A stretch of 34,098 nt of DNA from Candidatus Tectimicrobiota bacterium (GTDB lineage: Bacteria; JACPUC01). The stretch's first letter is position 1. The number at the start of each line of letters is the position of its first letter. Below the pieces are notes generated by a model. It was not told the DNA's origin. It made no database searches and was given only the letters and a program-made list of their open reading frames with translations. Made by a program: the position numbers and the translations under genes. The DNA lies in assembly GCA_016192455.1 (NCBI GenBank), contig JACPUC010000007.1:256720-290817 (forward strand), in the 5' to 3' direction. This document shows positions 25,287 through 34,098 of the stretch, piece after piece.

Positions 25287-26913
25287 GCTGAACGGCTCCT
25301 TCCTTCAGCCACGTCTTCAGGAGCTGCGTCGTGACCTCGGGTTTCTGGCGCGCGAACTCCTGGAGTTGATCGCGGTCGGCGAGCTGCTTGCGTCCTTCGC
25401 CGGAGGCCGGCAGGGCCAGCTCAGCCTCGAGCTCTCGCAGGCTCTTGGGGAGCTGTTGGATGAAGGCGATCTCCTCGCCGGTGCGCGTCAGCCAAGCAAG
25501 GAGCGGGCGGAGCACGAAGAGGAAGAGCAGGAGGACGACGACCGCCGTGAGGCCATAGTTGAGGTAGGGGCTGAGCTGCTGCGGGAGACCTTCCGGAGCG
25601 GCCTGCGGAGCCTCGACCGCATCGGCCGGCGCGGGCCGAAACGGCACGTTCACGAGGGAAATCTGATCCCCCCGCTGCTCGTTGAAGCCGACGCTGCGCT
25701 TGATGATCTCCTCAAACTTCTTCAGCTCCTCGGGGCTGCGCGGCACGAACGATGCCGGACCGCCCTCCCCCGCCCCCTTCTTGCCGTCACCCGCCTCGCG
25801 GCCATCGATGAGCACCGCCACCGACAACCGTTTGATCTCGCCCGGCGCCTCGATGACGCGCTGCACCACGCGCCCGACCTCATAGTTGAGCGTCTCGTTC
25901 TGGCGGCTGAAGCCACGATCGCCGCCGCGCGAGGCGACCGCGCCGGCGCCACGGGCGTCCGGCACATTCGAGTCGACCCCGGGCACGCCGCTGGCCGGCG
26001 CGCGGCCGCCATTCGACTCCTCGGTGGTGCGCTGCTCGCTCCGCAGCACCACCTGATCGGGATCGTAGTTCTCTTCGGTGCGCTCGACGCGCTTCGCGTT
26101 CAGCTCGACGGCGACCCGCGCCAGGACCTTCCCCGCCCCCATGACGCCGCCGAGCATCGTCTCAATGCGGCGCTCTAGCTTGCGCTCGAGGTCGGCCTGG
26201 AGGTCGAGCTGCGCGCCGCTGAGGCGCTCGCCGGACATGTCCCCGGTTTCACCGCCGGCGAGGATCTGCCCCTGCTGATTGACCACCGTCACCTTCTCCG
26301 GCTTCAGCCCCTCGACGCTGCTGGCGACGAGGTGAACGATGCCGGCCACCTGGCGTTTCTGCAGCGTCTGCCCGCGCCGCAGTTGGAGGATGACGGAGGC
26401 GCGGGCTTCCGCGGCGTCGCGCACGAACAGCGACGGCTCCGGCACGACGATGTGAACGCGCGCGCGTTCCACCGACTCGAGTTGCCCGATCGTGCGTGCC
26501 AGTTCACCCTGGAGGGCGCGGCGATAGTTGAGCTTCTGGACGAACTCCGTGGCGCCGAAGCTCATCTTGTCGAAGAGCTCGAAGCCCACCCCGCCGCCGC
26601 GCGGGTAGCCCGCGCTGGCGAGTTGCAGGCGCAGTTCACTCAAACGCTCCGCCGGCGCCAGGATGGTGGCGCCGTTGTCGGCGATCTGATACGGCACCTT
26701 CATGGTGCGGAGCTGCTCGACGATCGCCGCCGCATCCTCGGCATCGAGGCCGCGATACATGATGCGGAGGTGCGGCTGGCTCGACCAGAGGAAGAGCGCC
26801 ACGAAGCCGCCCAGCGTGAGGGCGCCGACAAGCAACAGACTGAGTTTCCTGCCGAAGCTCAGGCCGTCGAGGAGCGCCTGCACCTGACTCATCAACTCAT
26901 GGAAGAACCCCAT
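25273..26913 (-). CDS. fliF: Flagellar MS-ring protein FliF
   Basis: GFELFDK..FGATEF, RALQGELARTI, ARVHIVVPE, ASSVEGL, RLSVAVLIDG, RGDQI; two TM segments. Confidence 0.97.
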   Translation of the reverse strand: MGFFHELMSQVQALLDGLSFGRKLSLLLVGALTLGGFVALFLWSSQPHLRIMYRGLDAEDAAAIVEQLRTMKVPYQIADNGATILAPAERLSELRLQLASAGYPRGGGVGFELFDKMSFGATEFVQKLNYRRALQGELARTIGQLESVERARVHIVVPEPSLFVRDAAEARASVILQLRRGQTLQKRQVAGIVHLVASSVEGLKPEKVTVVNQQGQILAGGETGDMSGERLSGAQLDLQADLERKLERRIETMLGGVMGAGKVLARVAVELNAKRVERTEENYDPDQVVLRSEQRTTEESNGGRAPASGVPGVDSNVPDARGAGAVASRGGDRGFSRQNETLNYEVGRVVQRVIEAPGEIKRLSVAVLIDGREAGDGKKGAGEGGPASFVPRSPEELKKFEEIIKRSVGFNEQRGDQISLVNVPFRPAPADAVEAPQAAPEGLPQQLSPYLNYGLTAVVVLLLFLFVLRPLLAWLTRTGEEIAFIQQLPKSLRELEAELALPASGEGRKQLADRDQLQEFARQKPEVTTQLLKTWLKEGAVQHGSS

Positions 26914-26942
26914 GCTTCGCTACCTCGCAGCCGGCACGAGCC

Positions 26943-27266
26943 CTACACCTGCAGGCGCATGATCTCCTGGTAGGCGCCCAGGAGCTTGTTACGGACCTGA
27001 AGTAAGAGACGGAAGGAGAGATCAGCCTTCTCGATGGCGAGCATGGTCTCGTGCACGTTCTTCTCATCGCCAACGGCCAGGGCCTTCATGGATGCCTCGG
27101 CCTGGCCTTGAAGTCGCTGCACGTCTTCCACCGCCCGCGCCAGGAAGGTGCTGAAGGGGGGCGCGGCAGGCCGTCCGCCCGCGGCGGGCCGGGCGCTCGC
27201 GGGAGCGGCGGAGATGCCCGGCAATGGCTGCCCCGTTGGGAGAGGGGAGGTCTGCATGCGGATCAC
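26943..27266 (-). CDS. fliE: Flagellar hook-basal body protein FliE
   Basis: VHETMLAIEKADLSFRLLLQVRNKLLGAYQEIMRLQV. Confidence 0.95.
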   Translation of the reverse strand: MIRMQTSPLPTGQPLPGISAAPASARPAAGGRPAAPPFSTFLARAVEDVQRLQGQAEASMKALAVGDEKNVHETMLAIEKADLSFRLLLQVRNKLLGAYQEIMRLQV

Positions 27267-27295
27267 CCCGAGGTTAGGCCGTCAGGCTCTGCGGC

Positions 27296-27730
27296 CTAGC
27301 GGCCGATTTCCATGGCTTTCAGCGTCATATCCTTCGTCGCCCGCATGGCGGTGACGTTGGCTTCGTAGGAGCGCGTTGCGGAGAGCATGTTCACCATCTC
27401 CGCCACGAGGTTGATGTTGGGATAGGCGACGTTGCCGCTCCGGTCCGCGTCCGGGTGCTTCGGATCATAGACACGCCGCGGCGGACTGGTGTCCTCCACC
27501 ACATCGACCACCCGCACCCCCGCGAGCGGCGAGGTGAAGCGCTGCAAGGTGGAAGCGAACCCCTCCTCCACCGGCGTCGTTTGGAAAACCGGGCTCTTGC
27601 GGCGGTACGGCCCGCCGCCCGCGGTGCGCGTCGTGGAGATGTTGGCGAGGTTCGACGCGATGACGTCCATGCGCAGGCGCTGGGCACTTAGGCCAGAGCT
27701 GCTCAGGTTGAGCGCGGTGAGGAAGCTCAC
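27296..27730 (-). CDS. flgC: Flagellar proximal rod protein FlgC
   Basis: SGLSAQRLRMDVIASNLAN, GPYRRK, YDPKHPDA, EMVNMLSATRSYEAN. Confidence 0.97.
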   Translation of the reverse strand: MSFLTALNLSSSGLSAQRLRMDVIASNLANISTTRTAGGGPYRRKSPVFQTTPVEEGFASTLQRFTSPLAGVRVVDVVEDTSPPRRVYDPKHPDADRSGNVAYPNINLVAEMVNMLSATRSYEANVTAMRATKDMTLKAMEIGR

Positions 27731-28131
27731 GGCAACTGTCCTCCTTCCTGGATCGCCAGGCGGATGCTCTGGAGCTGCTTCGTCAACATCTGCACGGTGG
27801 CGTTGTACATGAGGTGGTTCTCAGCCAGCTTTGTCATCTCGCGATCAATATCGACGAGGTTCCCATCGGTGCGCGGCTGCCCCGGCACCTCGATCACCTC
27901 GGGGCGCACGTCGCGCAACGAGGAGCCGCCGCTCAGGTGCCGCGGGTTCGTGGCGAGGGCGCGGGCGCCGTCCATGGCGCGCTTGAGCTGGCTTTCGAAG
28001 CGCACCTCCTGGGCGCGGTAATTCGGCGTGTCCACATTAGCAAGGTTCGCCGCCACGACGCCGTGCTGCAGGGTGCGGAAGTCGAGCGCGCGGGCCAGGA
28101 GGGCCACCGTCGATCCGAAGAGGTCTGCCAT
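27727..28131 (-). CDS. flgB: Flagellar proximal rod protein FlgB
   Basis: ANLANVDTPNYRA, TNPRH, RTDGNLVDIDREM..LAEN..MY. Confidence 0.96.
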   Translation of the reverse strand: MADLFGSTVALLARALDFRTLQHGVVAANLANVDTPNYRAQEVRFESQLKRAMDGARALATNPRHLSGGSSLRDVRPEVIEVPGQPRTDGNLVDIDREMTKLAENHLMYNATVQMLTKQLQSIRLAIQEGGQLP

Positions 28132-28245
28132 GCGGGGTCTCTCGCTGCCGGTGTTGCTGCAGCCTCGATCTCATCGCTCACCGCTGGAGGGGGCTGCGAG
28201 GTCGCCGCGCGGGCGGCTCATCAAGCGGCGCTGCGGTTCCACCAG

Positions 28246-28261
28246 AGCAAGGCACGTACCA
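28246..28261 (-). promoter_or_regulatory. sigma54 -24/-12 promoter for the flgB operon
   Basis: Minus strand TGGTAC-GTGCC-TTGCT, about 115 bp upstream of flgB. Confidence 0.8.
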
Positions 28262-28290
28262 CCGGCGCCGTCCTCCACTCCTCCCCGCGA

Positions 28291-28323
28291 GAGAAAATTT
28301 TCTCCTTGCACCTCAACGAGTTG
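28291..28323. promoter_or_regulatory. AT-rich palindrome and IHF-like site upstream of the flgB sigma54 promoter
   Basis: Perfect palindrome GAGAAAATTTTCTC (28291-28304) and TCAA-CGAG-TTG (28313-28323), resembling the IHF core WATCAA-N4-TTR, 30-60 bp upstream of the -24 box. Confidence 0.45.
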
Positions 28324-28692
28324 TAGAGATTTTCAGGAAAACCCCGCGGCGCTCGGGCGCGAACCCGAACGCGTCTGCCAACAGAGCTAGGCATAAAGTT
28401 CCGCATGCGCTCCGCGGGCATGGGAAAAATTGATCGAGCGCCACACCGCCATGTCCGGTCGCTGCGGAGCTGTCGTTCGCCCGCCAAGTCCCGGGGGGGC
28501 AGTGCGAGGCTATCGCCTGGCAGATCGAATTGGGACGGTGGATTTTTCTGGCAGGCGAACGCTCCCCCCACCCCTGAGAACCGCGGGGGCTCTGTCTTGG
28601 CGAGGAGGGGGGTGGCAGGTGGCAGGATGAACCGAGTTGAGGAGGAGATCACCAGAGCCGCGAGGAGTGGGTGGGGCCTGGCTCTGACGTGG

Positions 28693-30075
28693 CTAGAGGT
28701 TAGCGAGCTCGCCGCTGGTCCGGTACTCGCGCAGCTTGTTCCGCAGGGTGCGGATACTGATGCCCAGCAGCTTGGCGGCATAGGTGCGATTGCCGCCAAC
28801 CTCTTGCAGGGTCTTGACGATGAGCTGCTTCTCCATCTCCCGCATCGTCAGCCCCGGCTGGATGGTCGTCGCCTTCGGGGCCGGCTCGGGCCCGGCGACG
28901 TTCTCGAGCGTCGATCCATCAACGAGGAAGTGCTTCGCCTCAAGTTCGCCATCGTTGGAGAGGAGGAGCGCCCGTTCGACGATGTTCTCCAGTTCCCGCA
29001 CGTTGCCGCGCCAGGTGCACGCCTGCAGGATGCCAAGGGTGCGCGGCTCAACGGTGGGGACGCTGCGCCCATGCAGGTGCGCGTGCTTCGCCAGGAAATA
29101 CTCGACGAGGGTGGGGATATCCTTGGGACGGTCCCGCAGCGGCGGCAGGCGCAGGGGGATGACGTTGAGTCGATAGTAGAGGTCTTCGCGAAAGCGGCCC
29201 GCCTTGATCACCTCGGTCAGCTCTCGATTGGTGGTGGCGATGATGCGGAGGTCCAGCCGGACGGGTGTCGCACCGCCGATGCGATCGATCTCCTGCTCCT
29301 GGAGGACGCGCAGAAGCTTCGCCTGCAGCGGCAGCTCCATTTCGGTAATCTCATCGAGCAGGAGGGTGCCCCGGTTGGCGAGCTCGAACTTGCCGATCTT
29401 GCGGCTGATGGCGCCGGTAAAGGAGCCTTTCTCGTGGCCAAAGAGCTCGCTCTCCAGGAGCCCCTCCGGCAGGGCGGCACAATTCACGGCGACGAACGGT
29501 CGATCACAGCGGTCACTCTCGCGGTGGATGAAGCGCGCGAAGAGCTCCTTGCCGGTGCCGCTCTCACCTTGGATGAGGACGGTGGCTTTGGTCGGCGCGA
29601 TGTGCCGAGCCAGCTCGAGACATCCCTGCAGGGCCGCGTCTTCTGTAATGATGGCGCGCCCTCCCGAGACCTCCTCGTACAGCGCGCTCCCCACCCTGCC
29701 GGAGTGGTGATTTCCCGCCAAGGCGCGGCGGACGACGTGTTCAAGCGTCTGGGACGTGAACGGCTTCACCACATAATCGAAGGCGCCGCGTTTCATCGCA
29801 TCCACCGCGTTGTCGATCGAGCCGTAAGCGGTGATGACAATCACGGGGGTGAGGGGGGAACGCTCCTTGATACGCGCCAGCACTTCCAGGCCGTTCATGC
29901 AGGGGAGTTTCACGTCGGTGATGACGGCGTTGAACGGGCGCTCAGCGAAGTGCGTCAGCGCCTGCTCGCCTGACTCCACGCAGAGGACCTCGCAGCCGCA
30001 GCGGCGCAGCGATTCGTGCAGCGCCTCGCGCATCTCTCGCTCATCATCGATGACGAGGACCGACGCCGCGGCCAT
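28693..30075 (-). CDS. sigma54-dependent response regulator (FleR/FlrC/FlgR-like, NtrC family)
   Basis: Receiver (VLVIDDE, VITDVKLP, ITAYG, VVKPF), AAA+ domain (GESGTGKE, ESELFGHEKGSFTGA, LLDEI, WRGNVREL) and Fis-type HTH. ATG at 30075 overlaps the kinase stop (TGATG). Confidence 0.93.
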   Translation of the reverse strand: MAAASVLVIDDEREMREALHESLRRCGCEVLCVESGEQALTHFAERPFNAVITDVKLPCMNGLEVLARIKERSPLTPVIVITAYGSIDNAVDAMKRGAFDYVVKPFTSQTLEHVVRRALAGNHHSGRVGSALYEEVSGGRAIITEDAALQGCLELARHIAPTKATVLIQGESGTGKELFARFIHRESDRCDRPFVAVNCAALPEGLLESELFGHEKGSFTGAISRKIGKFELANRGTLLLDEITEMELPLQAKLLRVLQEQEIDRIGGATPVRLDLRIIATTNRELTEVIKAGRFREDLYYRLNVIPLRLPPLRDRPKDIPTLVEYFLAKHAHLHGRSVPTVEPRTLGILQACTWRGNVRELENIVERALLLSNDGELEAKHFLVDGSTLENVAGPEPAPKATTIQPGLTMREMEKQLIVKTLQEVGGNRTYAAKLLGISIRTLRNKLREYRTSGELANL

Positions 30076-31430
30076 CAGTTCACCCCTTCGCCAGGCGTGC
30101 CCGGTCCCGGCGCTGCGCCGCCGGCAGTGAGGCAGGCAAGGTCCACGGCCCCCGCGGCAAGCCGCGGCAGTCGAATGGAAATGGCGCAGCCGCGCGGCTC
30201 GCGATTCCTCGCCTCCACGGTGCCGCGGTGCACCTCGACGATGTGGTGCACGATGGAGAGACCAAGCCCCGCCATGCCGGGCTTCGAGGAGACGAAGGGA
30301 TTGAAGACCTCGGCAAGTTCCTCCTCGACGATGCCGGGTCCGCAGTCGCTGATGCGCACTTCGAGGACGCCGTCGTCGGCCTCGCCGGCTGGCGGGCTCG
30401 TCGTGAGCTCGGTTCGCCCTGGCAGGGGGTGCGCACGGCCGTTGAAGCGCCGCGCGGCATCCGGCGCCCGGCCCGCCGCCGCGCGCCGGGGCGCTGCCGG
30501 CTGCGGGCGAGGCGCCTCGCCGTCGAACGTTTCCACCATGATCATTCCACCTTCCGGTTGGGCCTGGACGCTGTTCTGAAAGATGTTCAAGAGCATCTGC
30601 TTGATGAGCTCGTGATCGGCCAGGACGACGGCCCGCCGCGCCCGCAGCGAAGTCTCGATGACCAGATCGCGCCGACGGGCGATCTGCTCGATGAAGAAGA
30701 GCACCTCCCGCACCTGGCGATGCATGTCGAGCGGTTGCAGCACCGGCTTCAACTGCTTGGCGAACCACTGCATGGCCGTGAGGATGCGCTCCACCGCCTG
30801 CACGCCCTGGGTGATCTTCTCCCCGTAGCGTTGCAAGGCGTGGGGCTCGAGGTCATCGAGATTCTGCAGCAGCGAGGCATAGAGCTGGATTGAGGTGAGC
30901 GGGTTGCGGATCTTGTGCGCCACTCTGCCGGCTAGACGCTCGAGGCTTTGCAGGCGCCGGGACCGTTCCTCTTGCGCCTGCTGCCGCAGCTCAGCCGTCA
31001 GATCCCGCAGCGCGAGGAGGAGCGCCGGCCGGCCGTTCGCGCGCGTGGCGACGATGGAGAGGCGCAACTCGCGGCCGGGCCGCGAGGGGGGAGAGTAGGG
31101 CGTTTCCAGCGTGCGTCCTTGCGCCCGGCGCAGCACCGTCCAGTCGCGGCAGGCTGCGCAGCCGAAGCGCGCCCCATAGCGTTCGACAAAGGGCGCGGCG
31201 AGCAGGTGGCGCCGCTTGGTACCGAGGAGTCGACAAGCCGCGCGGTTGGCGAAGGTGACTTGGCCGTGCTCGCTCAGGAGGAGTATCCCGAGCTGCAGCC
31301 CCTCGAACGTTGCGAGGAGATCAAGGCCTGCCACCTCCACCGACACATGGGCCTTGGATTCCCCGCTCCAAGGGTGGTCCCCCGGTGCGCAAGCCTCTTC
31401 TCCGCAAGCGCGGATTTTGCTGGCCACCAT
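30075..31430 (-). CDS. Cytoplasmic PAS sensor histidine kinase (FleS/FlrB/FlgS-like)
   Basis: PAS (GILLLSEHGQVTFANRAA), H box VAHKIRNPL, N box LLNIFQNSVQA, G1 SDCGPG, F box FNPFVSSK and G2 GLGLSI. No TM segment. Translationally coupled to the regulator. Confidence 0.9.
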   Translation of the reverse strand: MVASKIRACGEEACAPGDHPWSGESKAHVSVEVAGLDLLATFEGLQLGILLLSEHGQVTFANRAACRLLGTKRRHLLAAPFVERYGARFGCAACRDWTVLRRAQGRTLETPYSPPSRPGRELRLSIVATRANGRPALLLALRDLTAELRQQAQEERSRRLQSLERLAGRVAHKIRNPLTSIQLYASLLQNLDDLEPHALQRYGEKITQGVQAVERILTAMQWFAKQLKPVLQPLDMHRQVREVLFFIEQIARRRDLVIETSLRARRAVVLADHELIKQMLLNIFQNSVQAQPEGGMIMVETFDGEAPRPQPAAPRRAAAGRAPDAARRFNGRAHPLPGRTELTTSPPAGEADDGVLEVRISDCGPGIVEEELAEVFNPFVSSKPGMAGLGLSIVHHIVEVHRGTVEARNREPRGCAISIRLPRLAAGAVDLACLTAGGAAPGPGTPGEGVN

Positions 31431-31515
31431 GCTGCTGAGCCTTTCTTCCTCGCCGGCGTGCCGCCTGCGCCTCCCCTTGCGACAGCCGCGGTCAGATCAT
31501 CGGCGCGCGCCCGCC

Positions 31516-33624
31516 TCAGCCGTCGCGATCACTCGAATGGCGCCGCAGTTCCTGCAGGAGGCGGCTGACGCGGGTCTGCCATTGCCGCGATGATTGCGCC
31601 TGCTCGGCGACGAGCGGCCAGAGTCCCTCGCTGCGCTGCGCCAGGGACTTCCAGGCGCGCTCCAACCTGACCCCTTCGCCTGGACTGCGGCGCAGGCGAC
31701 GCACCTCTTCAAGGATGCCGGCAACATGGTACATGCCGAAGCTTGCGGCCGTCTCCTCTCCGCGTCGCGCGATGAAGCCATAGTAGGCGGCAAGCGCCTT
31801 GTCGTACCAGCGCTGGAGGAACCAGGCATTGGCCAGCGTGAAGGCTGCATCGTCGAGGAGGGGCTGAAGCTGGCGCAGCGCCGGCGCCGCCTCGTTCAGC
31901 TTCAGCAGTCGCACGAGCGCGGCACTCGTCTCACGCTGCCGCCCCGCCGCGGCGTAGGCCTTGCCGAGGCGGTAGAGGGAGAGGGAGCGACGCCAGGGCG
32001 GCACCGTTTGGCCGAGGGCGCGGAGATACCAGGTGATCGCCTCTTGCCAGGCAGCGCGTCCGTAGCTGATGTCAGCGCGCAGGTGCGGCAACAAGACCAG
32101 GTAGGAGCTCGCCGGGAAGCGCGCCTGGAAGCGCTCCATGAGCGCGGTGGCGCGCGCCACGTCACCCTGCGCTTGGAAGACCTCGTAGATATGCCAGAGG
32201 AGCTGCTCCGGCATGCCGGCATGATCGAGCTCGAGGTAGAGCGCCTGGTAGGTGTCGAGGGCGAGATCGAGAAACCCCAGCTCCTGCAGGCTGCGAGCTA
32301 TCTTGAACTGGGCGGCGTAGGACAATTGATCGCGAGGCAGGTAGGCGAAGTTTGCGTAGTAGGTTTCGACCACGGAGAGATATTGCTGCTGGGAGAATTT
32401 CTCCTCGATCTCTTCTTCGTTGATGATCTTCATCGCATCGTGCGCGTTCACCAGCAGTTGACTGTTCGGATACTCGGCCAGGAGACGACGCAGGGGATCG
32501 AGCGCCTCCCCACGGCGCCCGAGCAGGCGAAGGGCGTGCGCCGCCTTCAGGAGCGCCAGCTCGGCCAGCGGATGGCCGCGATTCGCACGCGCTACCTCTT
32601 GGTACGTGGCGATCGGTTCCCGAAAGTTCGTGTAGGGGCCATCAGAGCGCTGCGTGAGCTTCGGGTTTTGCACCCCGAGATCGGCAAGCCGCAGGCGCGC
32701 CACAATCGCCGCGTCATTGCCTGGGTACAACTCGAGGGTGTGCGCGTAGAGGGGCAGCGCCATGTCGAACCGCTTTTCTTGCATGAACGTGTCAGCGGTG
32801 CGCACCAGGAGATGCGGCGTTTCCTGGCTCTCGGGGAAGAGCTTGGTGTGCTGCAGGAAGGCTTCGCGGGCTTCCTGGTAGCGACGCAGGGCATAGTGGG
32901 TTTCACCGAACTGGCGCAGCAGCTCGGAAGAACGTCGCAGCTCCTCCGGCGCAGTTTGGATGCCCTTCTGGAAAAATTCGAGGGCTTCCCCGTAGCGCTC
33001 CTTCTTGAAGCTCGCCATCCCCAGGTAGTAGTAGCCCAGGCGTGCCGGCTGGCTCCCTTTATGCTCGCGCAGCAGCCGCTCGAAGAGCCGCATGGCCTCA
33101 TCGTAGCGCTCCTCACGCAGGGCCAGCTTCCCCAGATCGAAGAGCGCCGTCGCTGCGTTCGGGTGCCGAGGGAAGCGCTCGATGAGATCCGTGAGAGTAT
33201 CCCGGGCTTCGATAATGAAGTTCTCTTCGGAGTAGAGGCGCGCTACTCGTAGCATCGCGGCAGGAGCCCGGGGAGAGGTTGAGTCCGCTAGCAGGGCGTC
33301 GCGATACTGGCTGATGAGCTGCGGCAGATCCACCTTGGTATCGCCGGCGTTGAGCACGTCCTCCGATTCCGCGAGCAAGTAGAGAGCCCGCGACCGGTAG
33401 GGGTTCTCTGGATACTTCTGGAGAAATTCCCTCAGGGCGGCAGACGCCTCGAAGAAGCGGTGATTCGCGAAGTGCTCCACGCCGCCGCGGTAACTTGCCG
33501 GGATTTCCGGCGCGGCCGGCGCCTCGGGCGCCGCCTTGAGCTCTGCGCCGGCGGAGGTGACGAGAGGCCGGCAGAGGCCGGCGAAGACCAGCATTGTCGC
33601 GAGGAGATAGAAGGTGCGTCGCAT
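31516..33624 (-). CDS. Secreted (periplasmic) TPR-repeat protein
   Basis: N-terminal signal peptide MRRTFYLLATMLVFAGLC...AGA, then many TPRs of the Y/FP-x-S type (FLQKYPEN, IERFPRHP, LAEYPNS). 702 aa. Confidence 0.88.
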   Translation of the reverse strand: MRRTFYLLATMLVFAGLCRPLVTSAGAELKAAPEAPAAPEIPASYRGGVEHFANHRFFEASAALREFLQKYPENPYRSRALYLLAESEDVLNAGDTKVDLPQLISQYRDALLADSTSPRAPAAMLRVARLYSEENFIIEARDTLTDLIERFPRHPNAATALFDLGKLALREERYDEAMRLFERLLREHKGSQPARLGYYYLGMASFKKERYGEALEFFQKGIQTAPEELRRSSELLRQFGETHYALRRYQEAREAFLQHTKLFPESQETPHLLVRTADTFMQEKRFDMALPLYAHTLELYPGNDAAIVARLRLADLGVQNPKLTQRSDGPYTNFREPIATYQEVARANRGHPLAELALLKAAHALRLLGRRGEALDPLRRLLAEYPNSQLLVNAHDAMKIINEEEIEEKFSQQQYLSVVETYYANFAYLPRDQLSYAAQFKIARSLQELGFLDLALDTYQALYLELDHAGMPEQLLWHIYEVFQAQGDVARATALMERFQARFPASSYLVLLPHLRADISYGRAAWQEAITWYLRALGQTVPPWRRSLSLYRLGKAYAAAGRQRETSAALVRLLKLNEAAPALRQLQPLLDDAAFTLANAWFLQRWYDKALAAYYGFIARRGEETAASFGMYHVAGILEEVRRLRRSPGEGVRLERAWKSLAQRSEGLWPLVAEQAQSSRQWQTRVSRLLQELRRHSSDRDG

Positions 33625-33719
33625 TGTAGAACCACGAGCTTGGTGCGAGCGGCTCGGCGCCGGTGGGGGCTCGCCGGGCTGGCAAGGATACCAGAAACCG
33701 ACTTACTCCTGCGGGATCG

Positions 33720-33735
33720 AGCAAGATTTATACCA
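33720..33735 (-). promoter_or_regulatory. sigma54 -24/-12 promoter for the TPR-kinase-regulator unit
   Basis: Minus strand TGGTAT-AAATC-TTGCT, about 95 bp upstream of the TPR start. Confidence 0.8.
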
Positions 33736-33917
33736 GCCGCAGGCGTCGCCTCCTGAACTCCCTTCCCCTTGCTTCGGGAGTCAGATTCTCCGGCCTCCGC
33801 AAGAAAGCTCATGGAGCACGACACGGGCCGTCGCGCCCGCCGCGGCGGCACCGCTGCGAGAGGGTGGGGAGCGGCAGAAACGACGCGGAGACGGTAACGC
33901 CCCAGCGTGCCGCGAGC

Positions 33918-33931
33918 GTCATGACGTTGAC
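33918..33931. promoter_or_regulatory. Candidate enhancer (UAS) inverted repeat GTCA-N6-TGAC
   Basis: GTCATGACGTTGAC about 180 bp upstream of the -24 box, with the same 14-bp geometry as FleQ-type boxes. Confidence 0.4.
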
Positions 33932-34098
33932 AAGGCAGCCGGTGGGAGATGTGGCGCCTAGGAGCCTGTCGGGGTAATGGTTCCCGGCAGGGGTGATAGG
34001 TCAGGGTGCGGGGGTCGTCGTCCTGGTGCGTCGGGTTCAGGAAGCTGGACGACGCCTGCCTGCCCGCAGGCGCCTGTCTGCGTCAACGGAGAGGGAGA

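Noticed and set aside
29410-29435. GSFTGA instead of GAFTGA in the activator
   Set aside because: This is a common functional variant in NtrC-family flagellar activators.
30076-30768. N-terminal extension of the 691-aa regulator ORF
   Set aside because: It overlaps the kinase in another frame. The TGATG coupling at 30073-30077 and the receiver motif place the start at 30075.
12993-33252. Long plus-strand ORFs (e.g. 12993..14546, 14020..15576, 19478..21367, 21571..23646, 28405..29973, 31594..33252)
   Set aside because: They lie antisense to clearly recognisable genes and have no recognisable motifs; such shadow ORFs are expected in high-GC DNA.

Overview
This GC-rich bacterial window is almost entirely one minus-strand flagellar gene cluster. 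In transcription order: secreted TPR protein, FleS/FlgS-like PAS kinase, FleR/FlgR-like sigma54 activator, flgB-flgC-fliE-fliF-fliG-fliH-fliI-fliJ, two MotE/YlxF-like (MgtE_N) genes, a long fliK, flgD, a TIGR02530-type flagellar operon protein, flgE, a four-gene accessory block (GT2-TPR glycosyltransferase, TPR protein, atypical receiver-TPR protein, frameshifted tail-anchored acidic repeat protein), motA, two motB-like genes, fliM, fliN, an AMIN-fused fliO, fliP, fliQ, fliR and the 5' end of flhB, which runs off the left edge and is missing from the ORF track. Five near-consensus sigma54 -24/-12 promoters divide the cluster. The most notable observations are: (1) a tandem MotB pair with complementary defects, one lacking the ion-binding Asp but with a canonical peptidoglycan-binding motif and the other keeping the Asp with a degenerate motif, which suggests a heterodimeric stator or a non-conducting clutch subunit; (2) a structured multi-hairpin leader with anti-SD potential between the TIGR02530-type gene and flgE; (3) a perfect 53-bp duplication that frameshifts the tail-anchored protein; (4) an internal tandem duplication lengthening the FliK ruler. 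All family calls come from motif recognition by eye; no searches were run.
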